Assembly (NCBI GenBank): GCA_965219415.1
Contig: CBDCNP010000002.1
Span: 3,968,001-4,032,000, forward strand
Length of the DNA stretch: 64,000 nucleotides
From: Candidatus Marinacidobacterales bacterium
Lineage (GTDB): Bacteria; Acidobacteriota; Vicinamibacteria; Marinacidobacterales; DATDRI01
Reading direction: 5' to 3'
Position numbers and translations under genes: made by a program. This document shows positions 14,819-22,554 of this stretch, piece after piece; the first letter of the stretch is position 1; each line of letters begins with the position of its first letter. Below the pieces are notes generated by a model that was not told the origin of the DNA, did not search any database, and saw nothing but the letters and a program-made list of their open reading frames with translations.

Positions 14819-16184
14819 GGATGTGTCCCGAGGTCCGTGGAAAAAGAACGGTGCCCTCCACTCCGTCATCAGGGTATCATATCAGGCGGCAACCTCCGCG
14901 TGTTCGAGAACCTCGCTCAGACGTTGGTAGCCGTCGATGCGTCGTAGTTGAATCTGGCCAGAGGCGATAAGCCCAAACAGCAAAGCGACCGCAGACTCCT
15001 CGCTGGAGAACGACGCTTGGGTTTTCGTCCGGCGTCGAAACTCGCGGTTGAGATTCTCCAGAGCATTGGTCGTTCGAATCGATTTCCACATGGCACGAGG
15101 GAATTCGTAGAAGGTCAGCAGCTGATTACCGGCCTCCTCTAGGCTTCGGACGACGGCCGGCGCGAGAGGCGTCCACTTGGCGACGAGCTCGTCATAGGCT
15201 TTGCGAGCATCGAACCCGTTCTTGGCGTAGACGATCCGGTTGTAGTCACGCCGGAGCTTACGGCGTGCGTGCGCCGGGCAATGTTGGAGCAAGTTGGCGT
15301 GCTTGTGCTCGGTACATCGCTGCAACCGGCACCCCGGCCACTTCTCCAGCGCTTTCGTCAGCCCCTTGTGGCCGTCGCTGATCACTAGCTTGGGAGCCCG
15401 GAGTCCTCGAGCCTGGAGTCCCTCCAGCACGGAGCCCCAATGCGTCGAGGCTTCGCTCACCGCCAGACGCAATGACAACAGACGTTTGTGCCCGTCTGGC
15501 GCGACCCCGAGCGCGGCCAGTACGGGTACGCTGATCACACGTTTCGCCATCCGCACTTTCAGGTGGAAGCCGTCCAGGTAAACGATCGCGTAGACCTCCT
15601 CGCTGAGAGCACGGTTCTGCCATTCCTCGAAGCGCTCCTTCAGCCGGCTAACCACGCGAGACACCGCGCTCTTCGATAGGTGCTCCTCACCGAGCAGTGG
15701 TTTCAGCGCTTTGCGGACCCGGCGGCTATTCGCGCCCGACAAGTACGTCCCCAAGAGCGCCTCGTCGACCTCACGAGTCCGGCGCGCGTACCGGGGCAAC
15801 AGCTCGCTCCTGAACTCTGTCGTTTCTCCCGTTTCCTCGTCTCGCACGCGGGCTCGTGGCACCCGGAGCTCGCGAGTTCCCACCGACGTCGTCACGCGAC
15901 GGGTTTCGGCTCCGTTGCGATATCCACGGCGGTCTTCCGCACGCTCGTAGCTACAACACCCCAGCGCTTGGTCGACTTCTTCCTCGAGCACAACCTCGAT
16001 CACCTCCAGTACCCGCATACGCAGCCGAAGTTGGACGAACTCCCGGTACTCGCTTACAGACTCCTTCAATATGGTGGTAGGCTTCTTCATGGCGTAATCC
16101 TCCTCCTGCCTTTCCAGGCGCGGTTTCGTTTTGCTTAACCGGAGGTTACGCCATTCTTATTTCCACGGGAAGCGGGACGGATCC
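14819..16184 (-). mobile_element. IS256 family insertion sequence, complete
   Basis: Imperfect IRs GGATGTGTCCCGAGGTCCGTGGAAA and GGATCCGTCCCGCTTCCCGTGGAAA. The 8-bp TSD GCACGGCT is at 14811-14818 and 16185-16192. Confidence 0.93.
14882..16090 (-). CDS. IS256 family transposase
   Basis: GYRNG, VYLDG, ISDGHKGL, QRC..H and RTTNALENLNREFRRRTK motifs. Confidence 0.95.
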   Translation of the reverse strand: MKKPTTILKESVSEYREFVQLRLRMRVLEVIEVVLEEEVDQALGCCSYERAEDRRGYRNGAETRRVTTSVGTRELRVPRARVRDEETGETTEFRSELLPRYARRTREVDEALLGTYLSGANSRRVRKALKPLLGEEHLSKSAVSRVVSRLKERFEEWQNRALSEEVYAIVYLDGFHLKVRMAKRVISVPVLAALGVAPDGHKRLLSLRLAVSEASTHWGSVLEGLQARGLRAPKLVISDGHKGLTKALEKWPGCRLQRCTEHKHANLLQHCPAHARRKLRRDYNRIVYAKNGFDARKAYDELVAKWTPLAPAVVRSLEEAGNQLLTFYEFPRAMWKSIRTTNALENLNREFRRRTKTQASFSSEESAVALLFGLIASGQIQLRRIDGYQRLSEVLEHAEVAA

Positions 16185-16334
16185 GCACGGCTTGGCTTCC
16201 GCCACTCTTGAAGAGTTTCGCTCGATCGGGCATCTGTACCTCCACCTTTTCTATATATGCAAAAAGTACATGGTCTATTGTAGTCGAGAGTGGAGGTGGC
16301 GCCGCAATAATAGAGGACTATCAGAAGGAAACCA

Positions 16335-16850
16335 TCATTTCGTAGGAACCAGACGTTCGAGCTCCTTGAACCAGTTGAGGACGACAATCAGCTCCGTCGC
16401 TCCTGATTCCTCCCCAGCCACGGGTTTGATCATCAAAAACCGGCCGTCGGATCCGACGTCGTATGTGGGCGGAGCTTGGGAGTGCGAGTAGGAGCTTTCG
16501 AACAACACCTTGGAGGCCTCGAACCGAAAATCTGGGTCGGTGAAAACCCGGGCTGTTCTCGAGCCTGAGGGTGATCGGCGACGTGAGACGGGAGCACTTT
16601 AATGGCGACCATTCGATCGAGTCGCGTGCTTGTAGTGGCCGAGTTCGGTTCCGGGGGCTAGTTCCACGCTCTTTACCACCGGTGTGCGAGCAAGAAAGCC
16701 ATTCGCTTCCGCCTCTTCATGATTGGCCAATAGCTCTTCGACTCGCTCTCGCAGTGCATCCTGCTGCGAACAAGCTTCGTCCAGAAAGGCAGCCCGCTCC
16801 CCGGGGGGCGCGCGAGCGCGGCTTCCAGTAGGGATGCAACACGCTCCCAA
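16335..16850 (-). pseudogene. Internally deleted Ser/Thr kinase-TolB paralog
   Basis: N-terminal ERAAFLDEAC...LAPGTELGHY and a TRLDRMVAIKVLPSHVA fragment are joined directly to a C-terminal TYDVGSDGRFLMIK...LNWFKELERLVPTK*. Confidence 0.8.
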
Positions 16851-16961
16851 GAGTCCGGCTTTAAGTGAGTTGCCTTTTGCGCCTACGGTAGGGCCGAGCG
16901 TGGGCGACCCGCTGTTCTCTTTTTATCGGAGTGAGCGACGCGCTGGCCCTCGTTGCCCATG

Positions 16962-16991
16962 AAAATAGCTGTACACGAGGCGAAAAGTCAA
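16962..16991 (-). promoter_or_regulatory. Putative sigma70 promoter (TTGACT-N18-TATTTT) facing the kinase remnant
   Basis: A conserved second copy lies at 18989-19018. Confidence 0.55.
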
Positions 16992-17035
16992 TTCGGCACT
17001 ATCGATATTGAATCGCTTGTTCGCAACGCGCTTCC

Positions 17036-17089
17036 TGATCTCAGGTACTTTCTAGCCTGATAGGACCGGCCCCAGCCGGTGGCTCCGCT
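17036..17089 (+). repeat. 54-bp direct repeat, copy 1 (left of the TA module)
   Basis: tgatctcaggtactttctagcctgataggaccggccccagccggtggctccgct; 2 mismatches to 17800-17853. Confidence 0.9.
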
Positions 17090-17172
17090 CGCTCGGGCGA
17101 GGTCCGGGTACGCTCCAAAATGGTCCTAAATTGTGACTAGCCGTATAATATGTCTTGTGGTAGACTACATTT

Positions 17173-17400
17173 GTGAAGCGTGCAAAAACCATTGGAGCGG
17201 CTCAGTTTAAGGAGCAGTGTCTGGCGATTCTCGATGAGGTCGGGCCGGAGGGTATCGTGGTGACGAAACACGGAAAGCCGGTGGCGAAACTGATTCCGAT
17301 CGAGGCCGATTCCGCTCACCTCATTGGTTGCCTGAAGGACGAAATTGAAGTGAAGGGAGACATCCTTTCCACGGGCGTGGCGTGGAATGCTGAATCTTGA
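17173..17400 (+). CDS. Type II antitoxin, Phd/YefM family
   Basis: AAQFKEQCLAILDEV...VVTKHGKPVAKL. TATAAT upstream at 17144. Confidence 0.9.
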   Translation: MKRAKTIGAAQFKEQCLAILDEVGPEGIVVTKHGKPVAKLIPIEADSAHLIGCLKDEIEVKGDILSTGVAWNAES

Positions 17401-17749
17401 TACTCACGTTGTAGTCTTCGCCCTAGCCGGGGCGCTCAACGAAAAGGAAAAAAGGCTTCTTTCGGAGAATCCTTGGAGCATCTCCGCCATCGTTCTATGG
17501 GAGCTTTCGAAACTGGTGCAACTCGGTCGGATTGATGTCGACCTCGAACGGCCCAAGGTCGAACGCGCTCTGAGGCGAATCCACACCTGGCCGTTGACGT
17601 TCGAAATCTGCCGTCAAAGCTGCCGGTTGGATATCAACAGCGATCCCGCCGACGAGATTATCGCAGCGACAAGTATCGTTGAGAACATTCCGCTGGTGAC
17701 GCGCGACCGCACACTTCTTGCCTCGCAGATGATTCCGTTTCCTGCGTGA
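17387..17749 (+). CDS. vapC: Type II toxin, VapC/PIN domain
   Basis: LDTH, SAIVLWE, DPAD.IIAAT and LVTRD motifs; overlaps the antitoxin. Confidence 0.9.
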   Translation: MLNLDTHVVVFALAGALNEKEKRLLSENPWSISAIVLWELSKLVQLGRIDVDLERPKVERALRRIHTWPLTFEICRQSCRLDINSDPADEIIAATSIVENIPLVTRDRTLLASQMIPFPA

Positions 17750-17799
17750 TAATTCGTAGTCAGCGAACCTGACCCGAGAGTACTCGCCGGGAACCCCCT

Positions 17800-17853
17800 T
17801 GATCTCAGGTACTTTCTAGCCTAATAGGACCGGCCCCAGCCGGTGGTTCCGCT
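17800..17853 (+). repeat. 54-bp direct repeat, copy 2 (right of the TA module)
   Basis: Matches 17036-17089. Confidence 0.9.
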
Positions 17854-17887
17854 TGCCCGTCGGGTGGAGAGCTTACTTGGGAGAAGA

Positions 17888-18974
17888 TGCCTTGGTGCAC
17901 AACTCGCGATCTCGGTCCACAATTGTCCTGTACTCGCGGATACGAGGTTCCCCATGAGCATTTTCAAACGCACTCAGCGGAAGTATGTGAAGAAGGCCTA
18001 TCGCGTGAGGAATTGGCGTGAATATGAGGCGGGTCTACGCAACCGCGGGAGCCTGACCGTCTGGATCTCGCTCACCGCCGGCAAGCTTGTGAACTGGGAC
18101 GCGCCCCGGCCAAGGAGGAGGAAACCGGGCCGTCAACGCAAGTACTCGAACCACGCCATCGAGACGGCTGTCACCCTGGGCATGGTGTTTCATCTGTCAT
18201 CTAGGCAGAGCGAGGGATTGCTGCGGTCGTTGTTCGCTCTGATGAAGCTAGACAATGATGTGCCCGATCACACCACGATCTCGAGGCGCAAGCCGAAGCT
18301 GGGTAAGGTCCCCTTCTACCCAGTCAAGCAGAAGACGCCGTTGCACATCTTGTTCGACAGCAGCGGTCTCGCTGTCCACGCCGGCCAGCTGCGCAGAGCA
18401 CAAAAGAGCAGGGACTATCGCAAGCTCCATCTGTGTGTCGACGAGCAGAGTGGCGAAGTCGTCGCCGGCGAGCTGACGAGCAAAAGAGCCCGCGATTCAT
18501 CGCGGGTTGCATCGCTTGTCGGACAGATCGACAGTCCCATCTCATCGGCCAGAGCTGACACCGCATACGACGCCGGCGGCGTCTATGAGGCAATCGAGAA
18601 TCACAGCGCTCATCGCTCGCCGAGGGTGCTGATACCGCCGCGCAAGGGCGCCCTGCTCGCATCGGGGCCGGCGAGCAGCCGACAGCGCAATCGCAACATT
18701 GCAGCACAAGCTCGGCTCGGCAAACGAAAGTGGCACACAGAATCGGGCTACAGCAAACGGAGCAAAGTCGAGACAACGTTCCATCGCTACAAGGCTATCG
18801 TGGGCTCAGCGATGCGAGCGAGAGGGTTGGCGGCACAGAGAGGTGAGGCAAGGATCGGGTGCAAGATTCTCAACACCATGACGGCGCTCGGGATGCCTGA
18901 TAGCGAGATGATCGGATGATGGGAGTCGGGGCCAAGCGAGCTCTCGGCCTCTATCGGAGTTGTGCACCAAGGCA
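17888..18974 (+). mobile_element. IS5 family (IS903 group) element, copy B, complete
   Basis: Perfect 18-bp IRs TGCCTTGGTGCACAACTC and GAGTTGTGCACCAAGGCA. Confidence 0.93.
17954..18919 (+). CDS. IS5 family transposase
   Basis: NWREYEAGLRNRGSLTVW, PDHTTISRR, DSSG, RKLHL, ADTAYD and YSKRSKVET motifs. Confidence 0.93.
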   Translation: MSIFKRTQRKYVKKAYRVRNWREYEAGLRNRGSLTVWISLTAGKLVNWDAPRPRRRKPGRQRKYSNHAIETAVTLGMVFHLSSRQSEGLLRSLFALMKLDNDVPDHTTISRRKPKLGKVPFYPVKQKTPLHILFDSSGLAVHAGQLRRAQKSRDYRKLHLCVDEQSGEVVAGELTSKRARDSSRVASLVGQIDSPISSARADTAYDAGGVYEAIENHSAHRSPRVLIPPRKGALLASGPASSRQRNRNIAAQARLGKRKWHTESGYSKRSKVETTFHRYKAIVGSAMRARGLAAQRGEARIGCKILNTMTALGMPDSEMIG

Positions 18975-18988
18975 ACCAAGTTGTGCTG

Positions 18989-19018
18989 AAAATAGCTGTA
19001 TACAGGGCGAAAAGTCAA
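18989..19018 (-). promoter_or_regulatory. Putative sigma70 promoter (TTGACT-N18-TATTTT), now pointing into the IS
   Basis: Homologous to 16962-16991. Confidence 0.5.
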
Positions 19019-19123
19019 TCCTGCGTTGGTATCACTGGGAAGCTACTGCGTCTGGACCGAGTAACGAAAGGTAACAGCTCCCAGCACTCGACATGTATAG
19101 TGCATGCCTATTAAGCTTGCCTT

Positions 19124-19354
19124 ATGCGGACAACGGTAGAGATCAAGGACGAACAATACGCCAGACTGCTCGCGCTTGCCGCCCAGCGTGGCGAGAAGGG
19201 CGTTTCGAAGCTGGTACAGGAAGCGCTCGAGAAGTACATCGAGGACCACGACCGCCGGGTCCGGGACGCGATATCCGTCCTGGGCAGACTCGACGAAGAA
19301 ACCGCTCGGGAGCTCGAGGCGACTAGTCAGCGTTTGACGAAAACGTGGCGCTGA
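19124..19354 (+). CDS. Ribbon-helix-helix (CopG-like) putative antitoxin, orphan
   Basis: MRTTVEI...LAAQRGEKGVSKLVQEAL. An overlapping GTG stub reads (M)ALILEI* at 19345-19368. Confidence 0.7.
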   Translation: MRTTVEIKDEQYARLLALAAQRGEKGVSKLVQEALEKYIEDHDRRVRDAISVLGRLDEETARELEATSQRLTKTWR

Positions 19355-19380
19355 TCCTTGAAATCTAGCTAGAGTCGGAG

Positions 19381-22300
19381 CTATCTCGTTTCGCCTGGGG
19401 CCTCGCCGGCGACGACCGCGGGGACTCCGCTCTCGGTCGCTAATCGATTGAGCGCCGGGATCTCGTTGGACAACATCTCGTCGAGGTTCGCGTACTGCGT
19501 GCGGATGCGCTCCAGGAGGCTGTCGTACACGTCGTACGACTGTTTGGTCGGGGCGCGGTCGGAGTTGGCCACCACGCCGATGAGCAACGAGAGCTTGTTG
19601 TCGAGCTGCGTGGGATAGTGGAAGACGTCCCCCCCGGCTCCGGAGGCGTCGCCTCCGGTCTGCATGCGAGGTTCGATCAGGCTTCCTTCGATCGACGCGA
19701 GCTTTTCTTCCAGGTTTTTGCTGGCTGCGGCGACGCGCTCGGCGTCTAACTTCGTGGCCCTCTGCCGAAGAGCCGATAGCTCATCCTTCAAGCGCCGAAG
19801 CTCGAGAACGGTTTGGGTGATGGTGGAGAGAGAGTCCACGAGCTGCTGGTGGAAGTCGAACTGGGCACGGAGCTCCTCGGCGCCGGTCTGGACGCGGGGG
19901 TCTTGCTTGACCTCGAGTGGAGCGCTCAGGGCAACTCCCTCGGCTTCGATGCGGACGGTGTAGCTACCGGGCATCGCCGATGCGCCCACCGGTGGAGTGG
20001 GTGGCGGATGCATGAAGAGCACGTGACCCGGTATGAGCTCCGGGCCAGGGTAGCGTAGGTCCCAGACGAAGCGGTTGAGGCCTGCGTCCGTGCCGACGAG
20101 CGATGTTTTGCTGTAGGGCTCTCTGGCACTGGCCTCACTCGAGAAAGTCTGCACCAAATTGCCGGCGGCATCCAAGACGGAGATCTTCACATCGCCGCTC
20201 GGCTCGCTCCCCAAGCTGTAATAGATAACGGCGCCGGGCGGAGGATTCTCCCCGTGAGGGAGTCGTTCTCGGCCGAACTCATCGCGGACCCGGTAAGCGG
20301 GGCTCGGCGCGAATAGGTGGACGGGTTCCGCAGCGGTCTCGGCGCTTAGCGTCCGGAGGGGACTGACGTCGTCCAGAACCCAGAAGGCACGCCCGTGGGT
20401 TGCGACGACCAAGTCATTGTCTTTGAGGGCCAGGTCCCAGACCGGGGTCACGGGCAAGTTGAGTTGCAAAGACTGCCAAGTCGCGCCGTCGTCGAAGGAG
20501 ACATAGATCCCAGTCTCGGTGCCGGCGTAGAGCAATCCACGGCGGACATCGTCTTCGCGCACCACGCGGACGAACGTTCCATCCGGAATGCCGTTGCCGA
20601 CGACTTGCCAGGTCGCACCGAAGTCACTGGTCTTATAGATGTAGGGTTTGTAGTCGTTGAGCTCGTGGCGATCGATGGCGAGGTAGGCCGCCCCGGGCTC
20701 GTGGGGCGAGGCGTCGATCATGCCGACGCGGCTCCACTCGGGCAGGTTCGCCGGAGTCACGTCGGACCAGTTCTCTCCACCGTCCCGGCTTAGATGCACC
20801 AAGCCGTCATCGGTCCCCGCCCAAAGGAGTCCCTTCCGTACGGGTGACTCGTCGAAAGCATAAATGGTTCCGTAGACTTCGGTACCCACGTTGTCCTTGG
20901 TGATGGGGCCGCCGGCCGACTCCTGTTTACTCTTGTCGTTTCGGCTGAGGTCGGGGGTGATGGCTTCCCAACTCATCCCTTCGTCGGTGGACCGGTGGAC
21001 GACGTTCGAAGTCATGTAGAGCACGTTGGGGTCGTGAGGTGAGATCAGAATCGGTGCGGTCCACTGAAACCGGTACTTCGCGTCGGCGGCAGCGTGGCCG
21101 ATGTTGGTCTCGGGCCAAGGCTCGATCGACTGATTTCTTCCGGTCCGTCGATCGAACCGGCTGATGCCTCCATCGGTGCACCCGGCGTAAACGATGTCCG
21201 CGTTCCGTGGATCGGGCGCCGCCCATCCCATTTCGCAACCGCCCACCGCATACCAATCGGTCCGCGCGATGCCGGCGCCCACGCCACGGCTGGCGATGGC
21301 GAGGGTTCCCCAGTCTTGCTGCCCGCCATAGATGTGGTAGGGGAATTGGTTATCGGTAATGACGCGATAGAACTGTGCCAGCGGCTGGTTGTCGTCGGAG
21401 CGGGACCATGTGCGGCCACCGTTTACCGAAATGTTGGCGCCTCCATCGTTACCGTTGATGAGGCGCTTCGGGTTTTCGGGATCGATCCAAAGCGCCATGT
21501 TGTCCACGTGGAACTGATCGACGCGCTCGAAGTGGAGCCCTCCGTCCACCGACTTCATGAAGTAAATGTTCATCACGTAGACGACGTCCCGGTTCTTGAG
21601 GTCGGGGATAACGCGCATGAAGTACCAGGCGCGCTGGGTCAAGGCGTTATGTTCGTTGATGTTCTTCCACGACCGCCCACCGTCGTCCGATCGGTAAAGG
21701 CCGCCATCTTCCGCTTCGGCCTCGATGATCGCGAAGACACGGTTGGAGTCGGCCGGGGAGACGGCGACCCCGATCTTACCCAGGACGCCTTCGGGAAGGC
21801 CGTTGCCCTCCAACTTCGTCCATGTATCGCCGCCGTCATGGGAACGATAGAGGCCGCTTCCCGGACCGCCGCTCACGAAATTCCAGGGTGTTCTGACGAT
21901 CTGCCAGGTGGAGGCGAACAGGATTCGAGGGTTTCCGGGATCGAAGGCCACGTCGACGGCACCGGTCTTGGAATCGACGTAGAGGATCTTCTCCCAATTC
22001 TCGCCACCATCCTGACTTCGAAAAAGACCCCTCTCCTCGTTCTCGCCGTAGAAGTGGCCGACGGCAGCCACGTAAACGAGATCCGGATCTCGCGGGTGGA
22101 CGATGACGCGACCGATGTGCCGAGTGTCCGAGAGCCCCATGTTGTTCCACGTTCTGCCCGCATCGGTCGACTTGTACACACCGTCGCCGTGGGAGACGTT
22201 GCCGCGGATCCGCGGGTCGCCGGAGCCGACGTAGATGATATTCGGGTCGGAGGGTGCGATGGCTAACGAGCCGATGGCCGACACGGGCTGCCCGTCGAAA

Positions 22301-22548
22301 ATCGGATTCCAGGTAGCCCCGGCGTCGGTCGTCTTCCACACGCCACCGCCGGGAGTGCCGAAGTAGTAGGTGGTCGGGTCTCCGGGAATACCGGCGACGG
22401 TGTTGACGCGTCCACCGCGGAAGGGCCCTACCAAACGATAGCGAAGTCCCTGAAGAGCGTTCTCGGGTACGGGTGCCGAAAAAACAAGAGGCGTTGCCAT
22501 GCAGACAAAGCTGCACAGCAACGCCCCGAGGACTCGCAGCGACGGCAT
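19381..22548 (-). CDS. Exported VPS10/sortilin-like BNR (Asp-box) repeat protein
   Basis: Signal peptide, YRLVGPFRGGR, many S.DGG.TW Asp-boxes, VATHGR, helical C-terminus. Confidence 0.88.
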   Translation of the reverse strand: MPSLRVLGALLCSFVCMATPLVFSAPVPENALQGLRYRLVGPFRGGRVNTVAGIPGDPTTYYFGTPGGGVWKTTDAGATWNPIFDGQPVSAIGSLAIAPSDPNIIYVGSGDPRIRGNVSHGDGVYKSTDAGRTWNNMGLSDTRHIGRVIVHPRDPDLVYVAAVGHFYGENEERGLFRSQDGGENWEKILYVDSKTGAVDVAFDPGNPRILFASTWQIVRTPWNFVSGGPGSGLYRSHDGGDTWTKLEGNGLPEGVLGKIGVAVSPADSNRVFAIIEAEAEDGGLYRSDDGGRSWKNINEHNALTQRAWYFMRVIPDLKNRDVVYVMNIYFMKSVDGGLHFERVDQFHVDNMALWIDPENPKRLINGNDGGANISVNGGRTWSRSDDNQPLAQFYRVITDNQFPYHIYGGQQDWGTLAIASRGVGAGIARTDWYAVGGCEMGWAAPDPRNADIVYAGCTDGGISRFDRRTGRNQSIEPWPETNIGHAAADAKYRFQWTAPILISPHDPNVLYMTSNVVHRSTDEGMSWEAITPDLSRNDKSKQESAGGPITKDNVGTEVYGTIYAFDESPVRKGLLWAGTDDGLVHLSRDGGENWSDVTPANLPEWSRVGMIDASPHEPGAAYLAIDRHELNDYKPYIYKTSDFGATWQVVGNGIPDGTFVRVVREDDVRRGLLYAGTETGIYVSFDDGATWQSLQLNLPVTPVWDLALKDNDLVVATHGRAFWVLDDVSPLRTLSAETAAEPVHLFAPSPAYRVRDEFGRERLPHGENPPPGAVIYYSLGSEPSGDVKISVLDAAGNLVQTFSSEASAREPYSKTSLVGTDAGLNRFVWDLRYPGPELIPGHVLFMHPPPTPPVGASAMPGSYTVRIEAEGVALSAPLEVKQDPRVQTGAEELRAQFDFHQQLVDSLSTITQTVLELRRLKDELSALRQRATKLDAERVAAASKNLEEKLASIEGSLIEPRMQTGGDASGAGGDVFHYPTQLDNKLSLLIGVVANSDRAPTKQSYDVYDSLLERIRTQYANLDEMLSNEIPALNRLATESGVPAVVAGEAPGETR

Positions 22549-22554
22549 CGTTTT

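Larger units (their letters stand above)
14659..16233 (-). pseudogene. vapB: VapB/AbrB-type antitoxin interrupted by an IS256 element
   Basis: Removing the IS and one TSD copy gives MPDRAKLFKSGGSQAVRQPKGYRFEGEDEVLIYRNGQRVILEPKRRRWSREFLEIAG, with GGAGG upstream. Confidence 0.85.

Noticed and set aside
17036-17853. Direct repeats as a CRISPR remnant or tRNA att site
   Set aside because: There are only two copies, 764 bp apart, with no cas genes and no tRNA-like features.
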